Origin: Octopus sinensis
Taxonomy: Eukaryota
DNA length: 33,093 nucleotides
Direction of reading: 5' to 3'
NCBI RefSeq assembly: GCF_006345805.1
Contig: NW_021833383.1
Span: 1-33,093 of the forward strand
Shown here: one piece after another, positions 22,784 to 33,093 of the stretch
How the letters are laid out: every line of letters starts with the position of its first letter
Position numbering within the stretch: the first letter of the stretch is position 1
Made by a program: the position numbers and the translations under genes
The notes under the pieces: generated by a model
Told to the model about the DNA's origin: nothing
Database searches by the model: none
The model's input: the letters and a program-made list of their open reading frames with translations, nothing else

Positions 22784-23000
22784 TATTAGAAGGTTTGGAG
22801 TTGATGTACATGTATTATGTATTAGAAGAAATGAGGTACTCAGAAATTCGGATGGTTTTATATTTACAGATATTTATTTGTATATTACATGTTTTTATAT
22901 ATCATATATCGTATATTAGCGCTTTCGTCCATTCTAGTGGAGTCTTCAAACTGAACTAAGTTTTTGCAGGAATTTTGACTCTTTTTATAGTATTATTGAA
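22784..23000 (-). mobile_element. Penelope-like remnant with degenerate hammerhead (22917-22949)
   Basis: Minus strand TTGAAGA-CTCCACTAGAATGGAC-GAAA-GCGC-TA; palindromic AGCGCT, C3 mutated. Confidence 0.6.
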
Positions 23001-23500
23001 TGTGTAGTGGTGGGGAGAGATATAAGATAGTACAAGAGGGTGATGAATGGGGAGAAAGTGAGGGAGAGCATGTGTTGTGTGTGTGTGTGTTTATGTGCCT
23101 GTGTGTGCGCGTGTGTGTGTGTTTATGTGCCTGTGTGTGCGCATGTGTGCTTATGTGCCTGTGTGTGTGTATGTGTGTGTTGTGTGTGTGTGTGTTTGTA
23201 TCTGAAAGAAGTGTTAAAGAAAAAGAAGGAAAGGAAGAAAAAGTTTTTGTTGATCTTTTTGCAACTGGTCAGGTTGCCAATAATAATCGATTCTTGGCTT
23301 TTAGTAATGGCAAATGCAGCTGTTTACTCCAAGAGGCGCAAAATGTCACTTTTCAAAAAATTGTCTGGATTTCCCTTTTATCATTGTCTTGTGAGACAGT
23401 GTGTGTGTTCGTGTATGTGCATGTGTGTGTGTGTGAGTGTATGTATGTATCTGAAAGAGGTGTTAAACATGTATGCAATGTATGTGTGTATGTATTTTGC

Positions 23501-23552
<52 letters not shown>

Positions 23553-23557
<5 letters not shown>

Positions 23558-23677
23558 AATTTCAATGGATTTCGCCCAAATTTGACATCAAAGTTACTTA
23601 TTTTGGTTTGAAATAAAGAACTTGATATACTTAATAATCCTAACTTAATCCCAGGCAAAGCCAGGTTATACTGCTAG
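23553..23677 (+). mobile_element. Helitron 3' end remnant
   Basis: Imperfect hairpin CCAGGCAAAGCCAGG followed 8 nt later by CTAG|T. Confidence 0.55.
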
Positions 23678-23756
23678 TATATATATAAATACATACATAC
23701 ATACATACACATGTATATATATATATATATACATATGTATATCCATATATATATAC

Positions 23757-23847
<91 letters not shown>

Positions 23848-24050
23848 TTATATACATATATATTTGTATATATATATATTATATATATACATAAATATAT
23901 ATACACATATATATATATACATATGTATATCCATATATATATATATACACACACACACACATACATATATATACATACACATATATATGTGTGTGTATGT
24001 GTGTGCATGTGTGTGAGTGTATGTGTGTGTGTTTGTGTGTGTGTGCGTGC
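23678..24050. repeat. (TA)n/(TACA)n/(TG)n microsatellite
   Basis: Direct reading. Confidence 0.9.
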
Positions 24051-24574
24051 ATTTATATACAAACATTATACTTTTACATAAATACTTTCAAAGATATAGT
24101 TTACTTCCTGTCATGCCATCCCCAAAAACTGGTGACGCAGTTGACGGTCAGAGAAGGGGGCGGTGTCAGCAAATTGGTAACATCCAGTTCTTATGTCTAG
24201 GGTACACTCCTGATATTTACCTCTTTAAAATGTCATAAAAAAAAAAAAAATAAGGGAAGTGCCTCTTGCTCAGCTCCATAAGTCCAACAACAGCACCAGC
24301 TGTACTCATAGAACTGTACTCAAGCCCTTTTGCCTTCCAAAGTACAGTCAATCTTTTAAGGTCTAATGCCAGAAGGGTTTCTCCTGATTTTACAGAATTT
24401 TCTTTCACTTCTATTTGTTATCCATCAGCACCCCCCCCCCTCTGCACCCTTGATGCCCGCACACACACACAAACACAGACATACCCTGCACTAGTTGATG
24501 CCAGCCCCCTAATCTCAATCCATCCAGTTGATGCCAGCCCCCCCCCCCCCGGTTAGTGCCACCCCACCGTCCTG

Positions 24575-24866
24575 CCACAATTGGCTCCTGAGCTGGTAGC
24601 ACGTAAGAAGCACCATCCGAATGTGGCCGATGCCAGTGCCGCCCGACTGGCTCCTGTGCTGGTGGCACATAAAAAGCGTCCACTACACTCTCGGAGTGGT
24701 TGTCGTTAGGGAGGGCATCCAGCTGTAGAAACTTTGTGCCAGATCAGATTGGAGCCTGGTGAGGCCTCCTGGCTTGCCAGTCCCCAGTCAAACTGTCCAA
24801 CCAACCCATGCCAGCATGGAAAACGGACGTTAAGCGACGACGATGATAATGATGATGATGATGATG
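24575..24866 (+). mobile_element. Family D element
   Basis: Modules plus (GAT)n tail. Confidence 0.8.
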
Positions 24867-25391
24867 AGGAGGAGGAGGAGGAGGATAGCTCTTCAACCCT
24901 TTAGCATTCAGGTGTGTTTGTCAAGGGCAATGCTTGTCTATTCATATTGTTTTCAATTAATCCTGTATTATCTCATAAGCTTTGAGATTTCAATGATGCT
25001 TTGCCCAACACAGAATCTGCAGGAGCTACTCAGAGGTTTTGCAAACTCTTTTAAATCCATTGCAATGCTGGAACCCTTCTGTAACAGCAGTAGCTATCTC
25101 AGGGTCACAAGCATTTTGACCCTTGGCCTATACACTTCACCTGGATAGGGCAGCAAGGACTGAACTTAGTCATCACCTACAGAAGGTTTTTCACCCGTGG
25201 TCTCTTATCGACCAAAGCCATGTTGAGCTACTTTCAGTTGCTCTGTCTGTCCCCTTGATGGTTTTCTCCAGTTTTCTGGGTTCCAGACAAAACTTCGGCA
25301 AGAAATAGCACACTGATTTAGATGGAAAAGTCACAATGGCCAATTTCAATGAGGAATATGGCCACATACCATCCTTAACAATAACCTCGGC

Positions 25392-25850
25392 ATTTAGCGT
25401 CCGCTTTCCATGCTAGCATGGGTTGGATGGTTCAACTGGGGTCTGGGAAGTCAGAAGGCTGCACCAGGCCCAGTCTGATCTGGCAATGTTTCTATGGCTG
25501 GATGCCCTTCCTAACGCCAACCACTCCGTGAGTGTAGTGGGTGCTTTTTACGTGCCACCGGCACAGGTGCCAGACGAGGCTGGCAAACGGCCACGATCAG
25601 ATGGTGCTTTTTACGTGCCAGGCGAGGCTGGCAAACGGCCACGATCGGATGGTGCTTTTTGCGTGCCACCAGCACAGGTGCTAGGCAAGGCTGGCAAACG
25701 GCCACGATCGGATGGTGCTTTTTACGTGCCACCGGCACGGGGGCCAGGCGAGGCTGGCAACGGCCACGTTCGGATGGTTCTCTTACGTGCCACCGGCACT
25801 GGTATCACAGCTGCAATTTCCGTTGATGTTGCACATTTTGATTCATTTAC
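25392..25850 (-). mobile_element. Family D element with amplified internal module
   Basis: GGTGCTTTTTACGTGCCA-like motif repeated 5 times. Confidence 0.8.
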
Positions 25851-26329
25851 CATGTGGGATATATCGAGCCTGTACCCCTAGGGCACTGTGAGTCCAATCA
25901 CGATGATTTTCTTTGTATTTCTGGAGAGCAGAAACATATCTGGGTGGAGTGGTGTCACCACTATCTCTTCTGGGAAGACAAGTCTGGCCCTCCAGTCCAC
26001 TTGCACCTCCCAGCCTGAATTAGCAATTCCAAAACATCTCTGCTTTAACATCTCACATTTTGCTCAACTCTGTAGTATCTAATCCAGCCATATCTGGCAC
26101 AAATACACTACTTGTTTTTTGTTACAACCTATCAGATCCAACCTCTCACACCTACCCTACAATCTTTTATTTTTCTGCCTTTAGCCCGCCAACGCGGAGT
26201 ATAGGCCACTTATAGTTGAATTCCATGTCGCATAATTTTTCGATTCTGTACTTATACTCTGCCATGAATGTCCCCCTTATCTCTAGTTCCTTTTGTGTTG
26301 ATCTCTGCCACGAGTTCTTAGGCCTACTA

Positions 26330-27066
26330 TCTTATGTATGTATATATGTATGTATGAGCCAATGAGGGAGACCTCTACAAAGTAGCTAGACCTGGTAGAA
26401 ATAGCAACCAAATCTCACTCAAATCACACCACACTGTCTTATATATTTATATATATGTATGTATGGACCAATGAGGGAGACCTCTACATGGTAGCTAGAT
26501 CTGGTAGAAATAGCAGCCAAATCTCCTTCAAATCACACGCTACTGTCTTATGTATGTATGAGCCAATGAGGGAGACCGCTACGTGGTAGCTAGACCTGGT
26601 AGAAATAGCAGCCGAATCTCCCTCAAATCACACACTACTGTCTTATATATATGTATATATGTATGTATGAACCAATGAGGGAGACCTCTACATGGTAACT
26701 AGGCTTGGTAGAAATAGCAGACAAACCTCACTCAAATCACACCATACTGTCTTATATATCTATATATATGTATGTATGGACCAATGAGGGGGACCTCTAC
26801 TTGGTAGCTAGACCTGTTAGAAATAGCAGCCGAATCTCCCTCAAATCACACACTACTGTCTTATGTATGTATATATGTATGAGCTAATGAGGGAGACCTC
26901 TACTTGGTAGCTAGACCTGGTAGAAATAGCCACCAAATCTCCCTCAAATCACACCCTACTGTCTTATGTATGTATATATGTATGAGCTAATGGGGGAGAC
27001 CTCTACATGGTAGCTAGGCCTGGTAGAAATAGCAGCCAAATCGCCTTAAATCATACCCTACCGTCT
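26330..27066. repeat. Seven-unit tandem array (95-109 bp) with variable TA/TATG spacers
   Basis: C(C/T)AATG unit starts at 26359, 26468, 26563, 26672, 26781, 26884, 26987; monomers also at ~10560-10637 and inverted at 29781-29870. Confidence 0.92.
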
Positions 27067-27139
27067 TGTTTTTGTATGTATATATCTTCAGAAATGTAAA
27101 CAAAGTCACGTGTGTACATATACCGAAGTATCGCCACAT

Positions 27140-27192
27140 ACCCTAACCCTAGCCCTAACACAAAACCCTACAGAAACCCTAACCCTAACCCT
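27140..27192. repeat. Degenerate interstitial telomere-like (CCCTAA)n
   Basis: CCCTAACCCTAGCCCTAA...CCCTAACCCTAACCCT. Confidence 0.65.
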
Positions 27193-27479
27193 CCATATAT
27201 ATAAAAAAAAAAGCCTTTTTGTAATGTATCTGGTACTTCCGGAAGTACACCGGTACTTATACCGTAAGATCGCCAAAAAAATTATTTATTTTGTGTTTTA
27301 TTTACTTTGCAAGGTAGTCGTTGTAGGATCGACAAGTCACGACTTCCTTGCGCTTGTGTATTCACGAATGAGTCAATTACCTTCATAAGTAGATGGGACA
27401 ACAGTAACACTTGTTTTTAGGTTCCCTCCTATTTCATTTTCTTCGTATAATTCTGTTGTGTTCTCAGCATCATGTTCAG

Positions 27480-28200
27480 GAAATAATCTCCTATATGTTT
27501 GTTCAGCAATACTTCCTTAAATTGCTGTTTCGTTAAAAATTAGAAAAGGTCCAGAAATCGACTCGACTCACCTTAAATTTCTTTGTTTATGTAAATACCT
27601 CAGAGAGACAAGGTTTCCACATTTCTTCTCTTATTATATCTATGCATAAGTCTTTCACGAAGATTTAGAGCCAAAGGGTTGCCGACGATATTAAGTTTAT
27701 TCAATAAAGATTCTATAGAATATTCTGCTTTCAGTAAACCCGAATCATCAGCGCAAACAGCCTTCAAAATAATTTCTACTGGATGCAGAATTTCATATAG
27801 TAAATGGAGAGATTTCCATTCTTCGTCAGCGATGGGCATCTGTGGAAAGTTCTGCTCGTAGAGCATTTGGAATGCAGCTTTTCAATTTCAAAAATCTCTC
27901 AATCATATGGAATGTGCTATTCCACCGAGTTCTGCAATCCGGTATAAGTTTATATTCTCTGTTATCAAAGTTCGCTCGTACAAATCTTGCAAAATTTCAT
28001 TTTTTTGTAGGAGATTTACGGAAAAGTTTTGAAATTTTTCTTACCTTATTTAAAACTTTGTTAAATTCAGGTTTTAGCTGGGGAAAACAAGCATTTTCGT
28101 GAGCCAAATCTGTTTGACAAAGTATGTCTTGTTGGCTTATGTCAGCTTCATCATCACTATCGTCTGTCATGGCGATCCCTGTCGTCTGTTATGGCGATCT
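27480..28200 (-). pseudogene. Frameshifted hAT-superfamily transposase fragment
   Basis: Minus-strand KVRKISKLFRKSP...LIPDCRTRWNSTFHMIERFLKLK...EEWKSLHLLYEILHP (hAT RWNS motif at ~27915). Confidence 0.8.
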
Positions 28201-28213
28201 CTTCACTTTTTTT

Positions 28214-29780
28214 TTATCAAAGTTCTGTTTCGTATAAAATATTTTGTTAATAACACCATACAAATTATTTCTATTTTTTACACCTTATGCAGAATTCATT
28301 TCTCTTTCGAATAATGCCGACAATAACTATTTTTATACAACTTGAAGAATTCTAATGCTAAATTAATATAAACGTTTCAAATTTACTGGCGAAATTGGTT
28401 TAAGACTGTATCATTACAATTTTATTTAAAGCTTAATATTGTAGCAAAAATGAGCAACAAGAACGAAATACATATTAGTACTTTGTGCCGTGGCCTTTAT
28501 TCTTAACAACGGCTGAACAACGCCTCAGCATTGAATTCGCTGATTACAAAATTCTATGGGAATGTTTTGCCATATTTCATTGATATAATCGAATAATTGT
28601 TTTAGATTAGATAGTTTTTTAACATGGACTTTTTTGGAAACATAATTCCACAAGTTCTCGATCGGATTCAGGTCCGGACTCTGGGGAGGCCATTCGATTA
28701 TGTCAATATTATGGTGATCAAAAAATTGCATAACCTTTTTGGCTTTGTGCACAGGACTATTGTCCTGCTGATAAATAGCCCCCGGAGGCATTTGGTGAAT
28801 CAAATATGGCACAACATTATGCTTTAGTAGATTCGTATAACCTACACTATTTAGCTTTCCATTAACGTTAACTAGAGGGCCAACACCAAAGCTACTAAAT
28901 GCCGCCCACACCATTACACCCCTCCTCCCGCTTGCGCCGTCTTTTTCACGGATTTCAGATGGAATTCCTTGGTTGGGCGACATCTTATGTATGTTTTACC
29001 ATCTGATCCAAATATACAGAAGCATGACTCGTCACTCCAAAGGACCCTGCACCAATCTTCGGCAGTCCACTGAGCATGGCTATTTGTGAAATTAAGACGT
29101 TTGAGTCGATTTCTTTCGGATATTATTGGCTTTTTTCTAGCGATTCGTCCATGTAGTCCAAATTCTCTCAAACGGTTGCGGACGGTTTGTGGTGTAAAAA
29201 TAACACCATTCTCGTTGGTGTCAACGGCTGTCAGCATTTGGTTGCCTTCCAAATGTCGTTTTTCTTGGGGTGCCAGTCCTTTGCCGATCTTTATATTGAC
29301 CAGTCTCCGATTATAACTTTCATGCTTGCACACAAGCCATTTTCCTGCACTTTAGTTGCTTGCTGATGTTCGAAATGGAATCTTTTTGCTGGTGGAGTTA
29401 TACGATTTTTGCTCTCGTGACTGGACTGGGGCTACATTGTTTTCCCATTATTAATTAACTAATTATTTTAATAACGTTAAATCATAACACTATATAGTGC
29501 AGTTAGGCTAGTTGTGTGACCACCCATTTTGGCAAAATAATTTGCATACATATTACATGGTCTTAAACTAATTTTGCCGGTAAATTTGAAACGTTTACAT
29601 TAATTTAGCCTTAGAATTCTTCCAGTTGTATAAAAAATAGTTATTGTCTGCATCATTCGAAAGAGAAATAAATTCTGCATAGATTGCAAGAGATAAAAAT
29701 AATTTGTATGGTGTTAATAACAAAATATTTTGTAAGAAATAGAACTTTTATAATCGGTCTTAAAGTTATTGTCGCCAGTG
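28214..29780 (-). mobile_element. Tc1-like IR/DR transposon with ~220-bp TIRs (right 29559-29780 complete, followed by TA; left 28214-28406 lacks its tip)
   Basis: TIRs are reverse complements; internal direct repeat GGTCTTAAA twice in the right TIR; ends CAGTG|TA. Confidence 0.9.
28475..29448 (-). pseudogene. Tc1 DD34E transposase pseudogene
   Basis: WSDES, VMVWAAF, QQDNSPVH, then WPPQSPDLNPIENLW with 34 residues between D and E; ends GHGTKY*; stops and frameshifts present. Confidence 0.93.
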
Positions 29781-30261
29781 TACATATATACATACATAAG
29801 GCAATAGGGTGTGATTTGAGGGAGATTCGGCTGCTATTTCTAGTAGGTCTAGCTACTAGAAATAGGCCTCTTTGGGGTGTTTATGGGTGGCTAACATGAT
29901 GTTGACGTCTGTTGAGATGAGTAAGATCTTTGTATCCTATTTAACCTTCCGTTCATCCAGCTGTACGGTCCATCCACCCTGGCACCCTGCCTGCATTCAC
30001 AAAGCAGGGTTAACAAGTCCCATTCCGCCCTTTGCATAAATAAACAAGGAGACAAACCCACTGGAAAGCGTCTGAGAAGTAAAACAAAGAAAAGAAAAGG
30101 GCGAAACAGACCTACGCAGAACCTTTCTAGAAACTGGATTGAGGGTATCGAATGCGTTGCGTGAGGCGGTGGGGAGTGGGTGGTGGGGGAGTGGGGTGGG
30201 GTGGGGGTGGGGGACCGAGGGAGAGGTTCTTGCTTTTGTGGTGCTGCTGTATTATCATTCA

Positions 30262-30389
30262 TGTTGTCATCATCATTGTCGTTGTTGTCGTCGTCATCGT
30301 CATCATCATCATCATCATCACAATCATTATCATCGTCATCGTCATCGTCATCATCATTATCATCATCGTCGTCGTCGTCGTCGTCGTCG

Positions 30390-30458
<69 letters not shown>

Positions 30459-31045
30459 CAATCATTATCATCGTCATCATCATCATTGTCGTCGTCATCA
30501 TCATCATCATCATCGTCGTCGTCGTCGTCGTCATCATCATCATCATCATCATCATCACAATCATTATCATCGTCATCATCATCATTGTCGTCGTCGTCAT
30601 CATCATCATCATCATCATCATCATCACAATCATTATCATCGTCATCATCATCATTGTCGTCGTCATCATCATCATCATCATCGTCGGTCGTCGTCGTCGT
30701 CATCATCATCATCATCATCACAATCATTATCATCGTCATCATCATCATCATCAAAGTCGTCGTCGTCGTCGTCGTCATCATCATCATCATCAGCACCATC
30801 ACAATCATCATCATCGTCATCATCGTCATCATCATCGTCATCATCATCATCATCATCATCATCATCGTCGTCGTCGTCGTCGTTATCATCATCATCATCA
30901 TCATCATCTCATCACCATTGTTATCATCACAGTTACAATCATCATCATCATTGTTATCATCAACATTTTCATTGTCATCATCGTCATCACCATCATCATC
31001 ATTACCATCATTATCATCATCTTTATCATCATCATCATCATCATC
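30262..31045. repeat. (CAT)n/(CGT)n trinucleotide array with higher-order structure
   Basis: CACAATCATTATCATCGT landmark recurs five times. Confidence 0.95.
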
Positions 31046-31049
31046 GTGA

Positions 31050-31392
31050 TCGTTACCAGCGTCGCCTTACTGGCACTTGTGCCGGTGGCATGTGAACAAA
31101 ACATTCGAGCGAGTTCATTGCCAGTGCCGCTGGACTGACTCCTGTGCAGATGGCATGTAAAAAACCCCATTTCAAGCGTGGCCGTTGCCAGTACCGCATG
31201 ACTGGCCCTCGTGCCGGTGGCACGTAAAAGCACCCACTACACTCTCGGAGTGGTTGGCATTAGGAAGGGCATCAAGCTGTAGAAACTCTGCCAGATCAAG
31301 ATTGGAGTCTGGCGCAGCCATCTGGTTTGCCAGTCCTCGGTCAAATCGTCCAACCCATGCTAGCATGGAAAGCTAAATGATGATGATGATGA
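31050..31392 (+). mobile_element. Family D element
   Basis: Modules plus (GAT)n tail. Confidence 0.8.
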
Positions 31393-31409
31393 TATATATG
31401 TATATATAT

Positions 31410-31631
31410 ACTCTTACTCTTTACTCTTTTACTTGTTTCAGTCATTTGACTGCGGCCATGCTGGAGCACCGCCTTTAGTCGAGCAAATCAACCCTGGGAC
31501 TTATTCTTTGTAAGCCCAGTACTTATTCTATCAGTCTCTTTTGCCGAACCGCTAAGTGACGGGGGACGTAAACACACCAGCATCGGTTGTCAAGCAATGC
31601 TAGGGGGACAAACACAGACACACAAACACAA

Positions 31632-31677
<46 letters not shown>

Positions 31678-31835
31678 GACAGGCTTCTTTCAGTTTCCGT
31701 CTACCAAATCCACTCACAAGGCTTTGGTCGGCCCGAGGCTATAGTAGAAGACACTTGCCCAAGGTGCCACACAGTGGGACTGAACCCGGAACCATGTGGT
31801 TTGTAAGCAAGCTACTTACCACACAGCCACTCCTA
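31410..31835 (-). mobile_element. SINE family A, full length
   Basis: Reverse complement of family A. Confidence 0.85.
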
Positions 31836-31838
31836 CCC

Positions 31839-32670
<832 letters not shown>

Positions 32671-32680
32671 ATACATATAA

Positions 32681-32850
32681 TGTGACCGCGTGTGTACCGT
32701 TGGCGATTTTTTTTCCTCTGTCTTCCCTTCTCAAAGAGCCTCTGCTCAAAACGTTAAACCTTCCTTCTTTCCTGAGCGTCCAATAATACTATATTTGTTC
32801 CACGTCTCGCATGTTGTGTTTTTTGTGCTTTCTTTGTTTTGGATTAACTT

Positions 32851-32851
<1 letters not shown>
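32681..32851 (+). mobile_element. Second copy of the 7094-7296 element, with the hammerhead 5' core deleted
   Basis: Shared TGTGACC.CGTGTGTACC and CCTGAGCGTCCAATAATACTATATTTG. Confidence 0.75.
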
Positions 32852-32881
<30 letters not shown>

Positions 32882-33093
32882 GTATATAGTATATGTATAT
32901 ATATACATTATATATCTATAATATATATAATATGTAATAACACCTATAACCTATAACGGGGTGCTTTATCCATTAACCAAAGTGAATGAAGCATTAGCCA
33001 GGAGGAACTGATGTTGTCAGACATATGCCCACACACCCCACACACACACACAAACACACACATATAATATAATTTAAAAGAGAGAGACAGACG

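Noticed and set aside
23240-23370. Possible GIY-YIG C-terminal remnant on the minus strand (KSQESIIIGNL) upstream of the 22917 hammerhead
   Set aside because: Short, interrupted, and not distinguishable from chance without a profile search
24250-24420. Possible old RTE RT remnant (minus-strand YGAE word)
   Set aside because: A single short motif among stops; insufficient evidence
26330-27066. CRISPR-like repeat/spacer look, and TAGAAATAGCA resembling the sgRNA scaffold
   Set aside because: Repeats are ~80 bp, spacers are microsatellite, there are no cas genes, the context is eukaryotic, and the scaffold match is a short generic GAAA hairpin
29891-31233. Long ORFs (poly-D/H/S/I/M)
   Set aside because: Stop-free readings of the CAT/CGT trinucleotide array

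Overview
This is repeat-dense, AT-rich eukaryotic DNA, inferred to be octopus/cephalopod from its SINE families and its (TA)n/(CA)n/(CAT)n microsatellite load. There is no intact protein-coding gene, and almost every listed ORF is a microsatellite or SINE artefact. The window holds many tRNA-derived SINEs, RTE-like non-autonomous elements, decayed Tc1 (DD34E), mariner and hAT transposons, two Helitron remnants, a piggyBac-type MITE, several tandem arrays and one candidate 120-nt coding exon. The main hidden signal is about a dozen minimal type I hammerhead-ribozyme motifs (CUGANGA...GAAA...NUH) from at least 7 unrelated sequence families. Each sits in a short Penelope-like retroelement remnant inside (TA)n tracts. 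Several form long foldback palindromes whose apex lies at the ribozyme's 5' edge, and each family has its own palindromic stem III. All family names come from motif recognition, not database searches.
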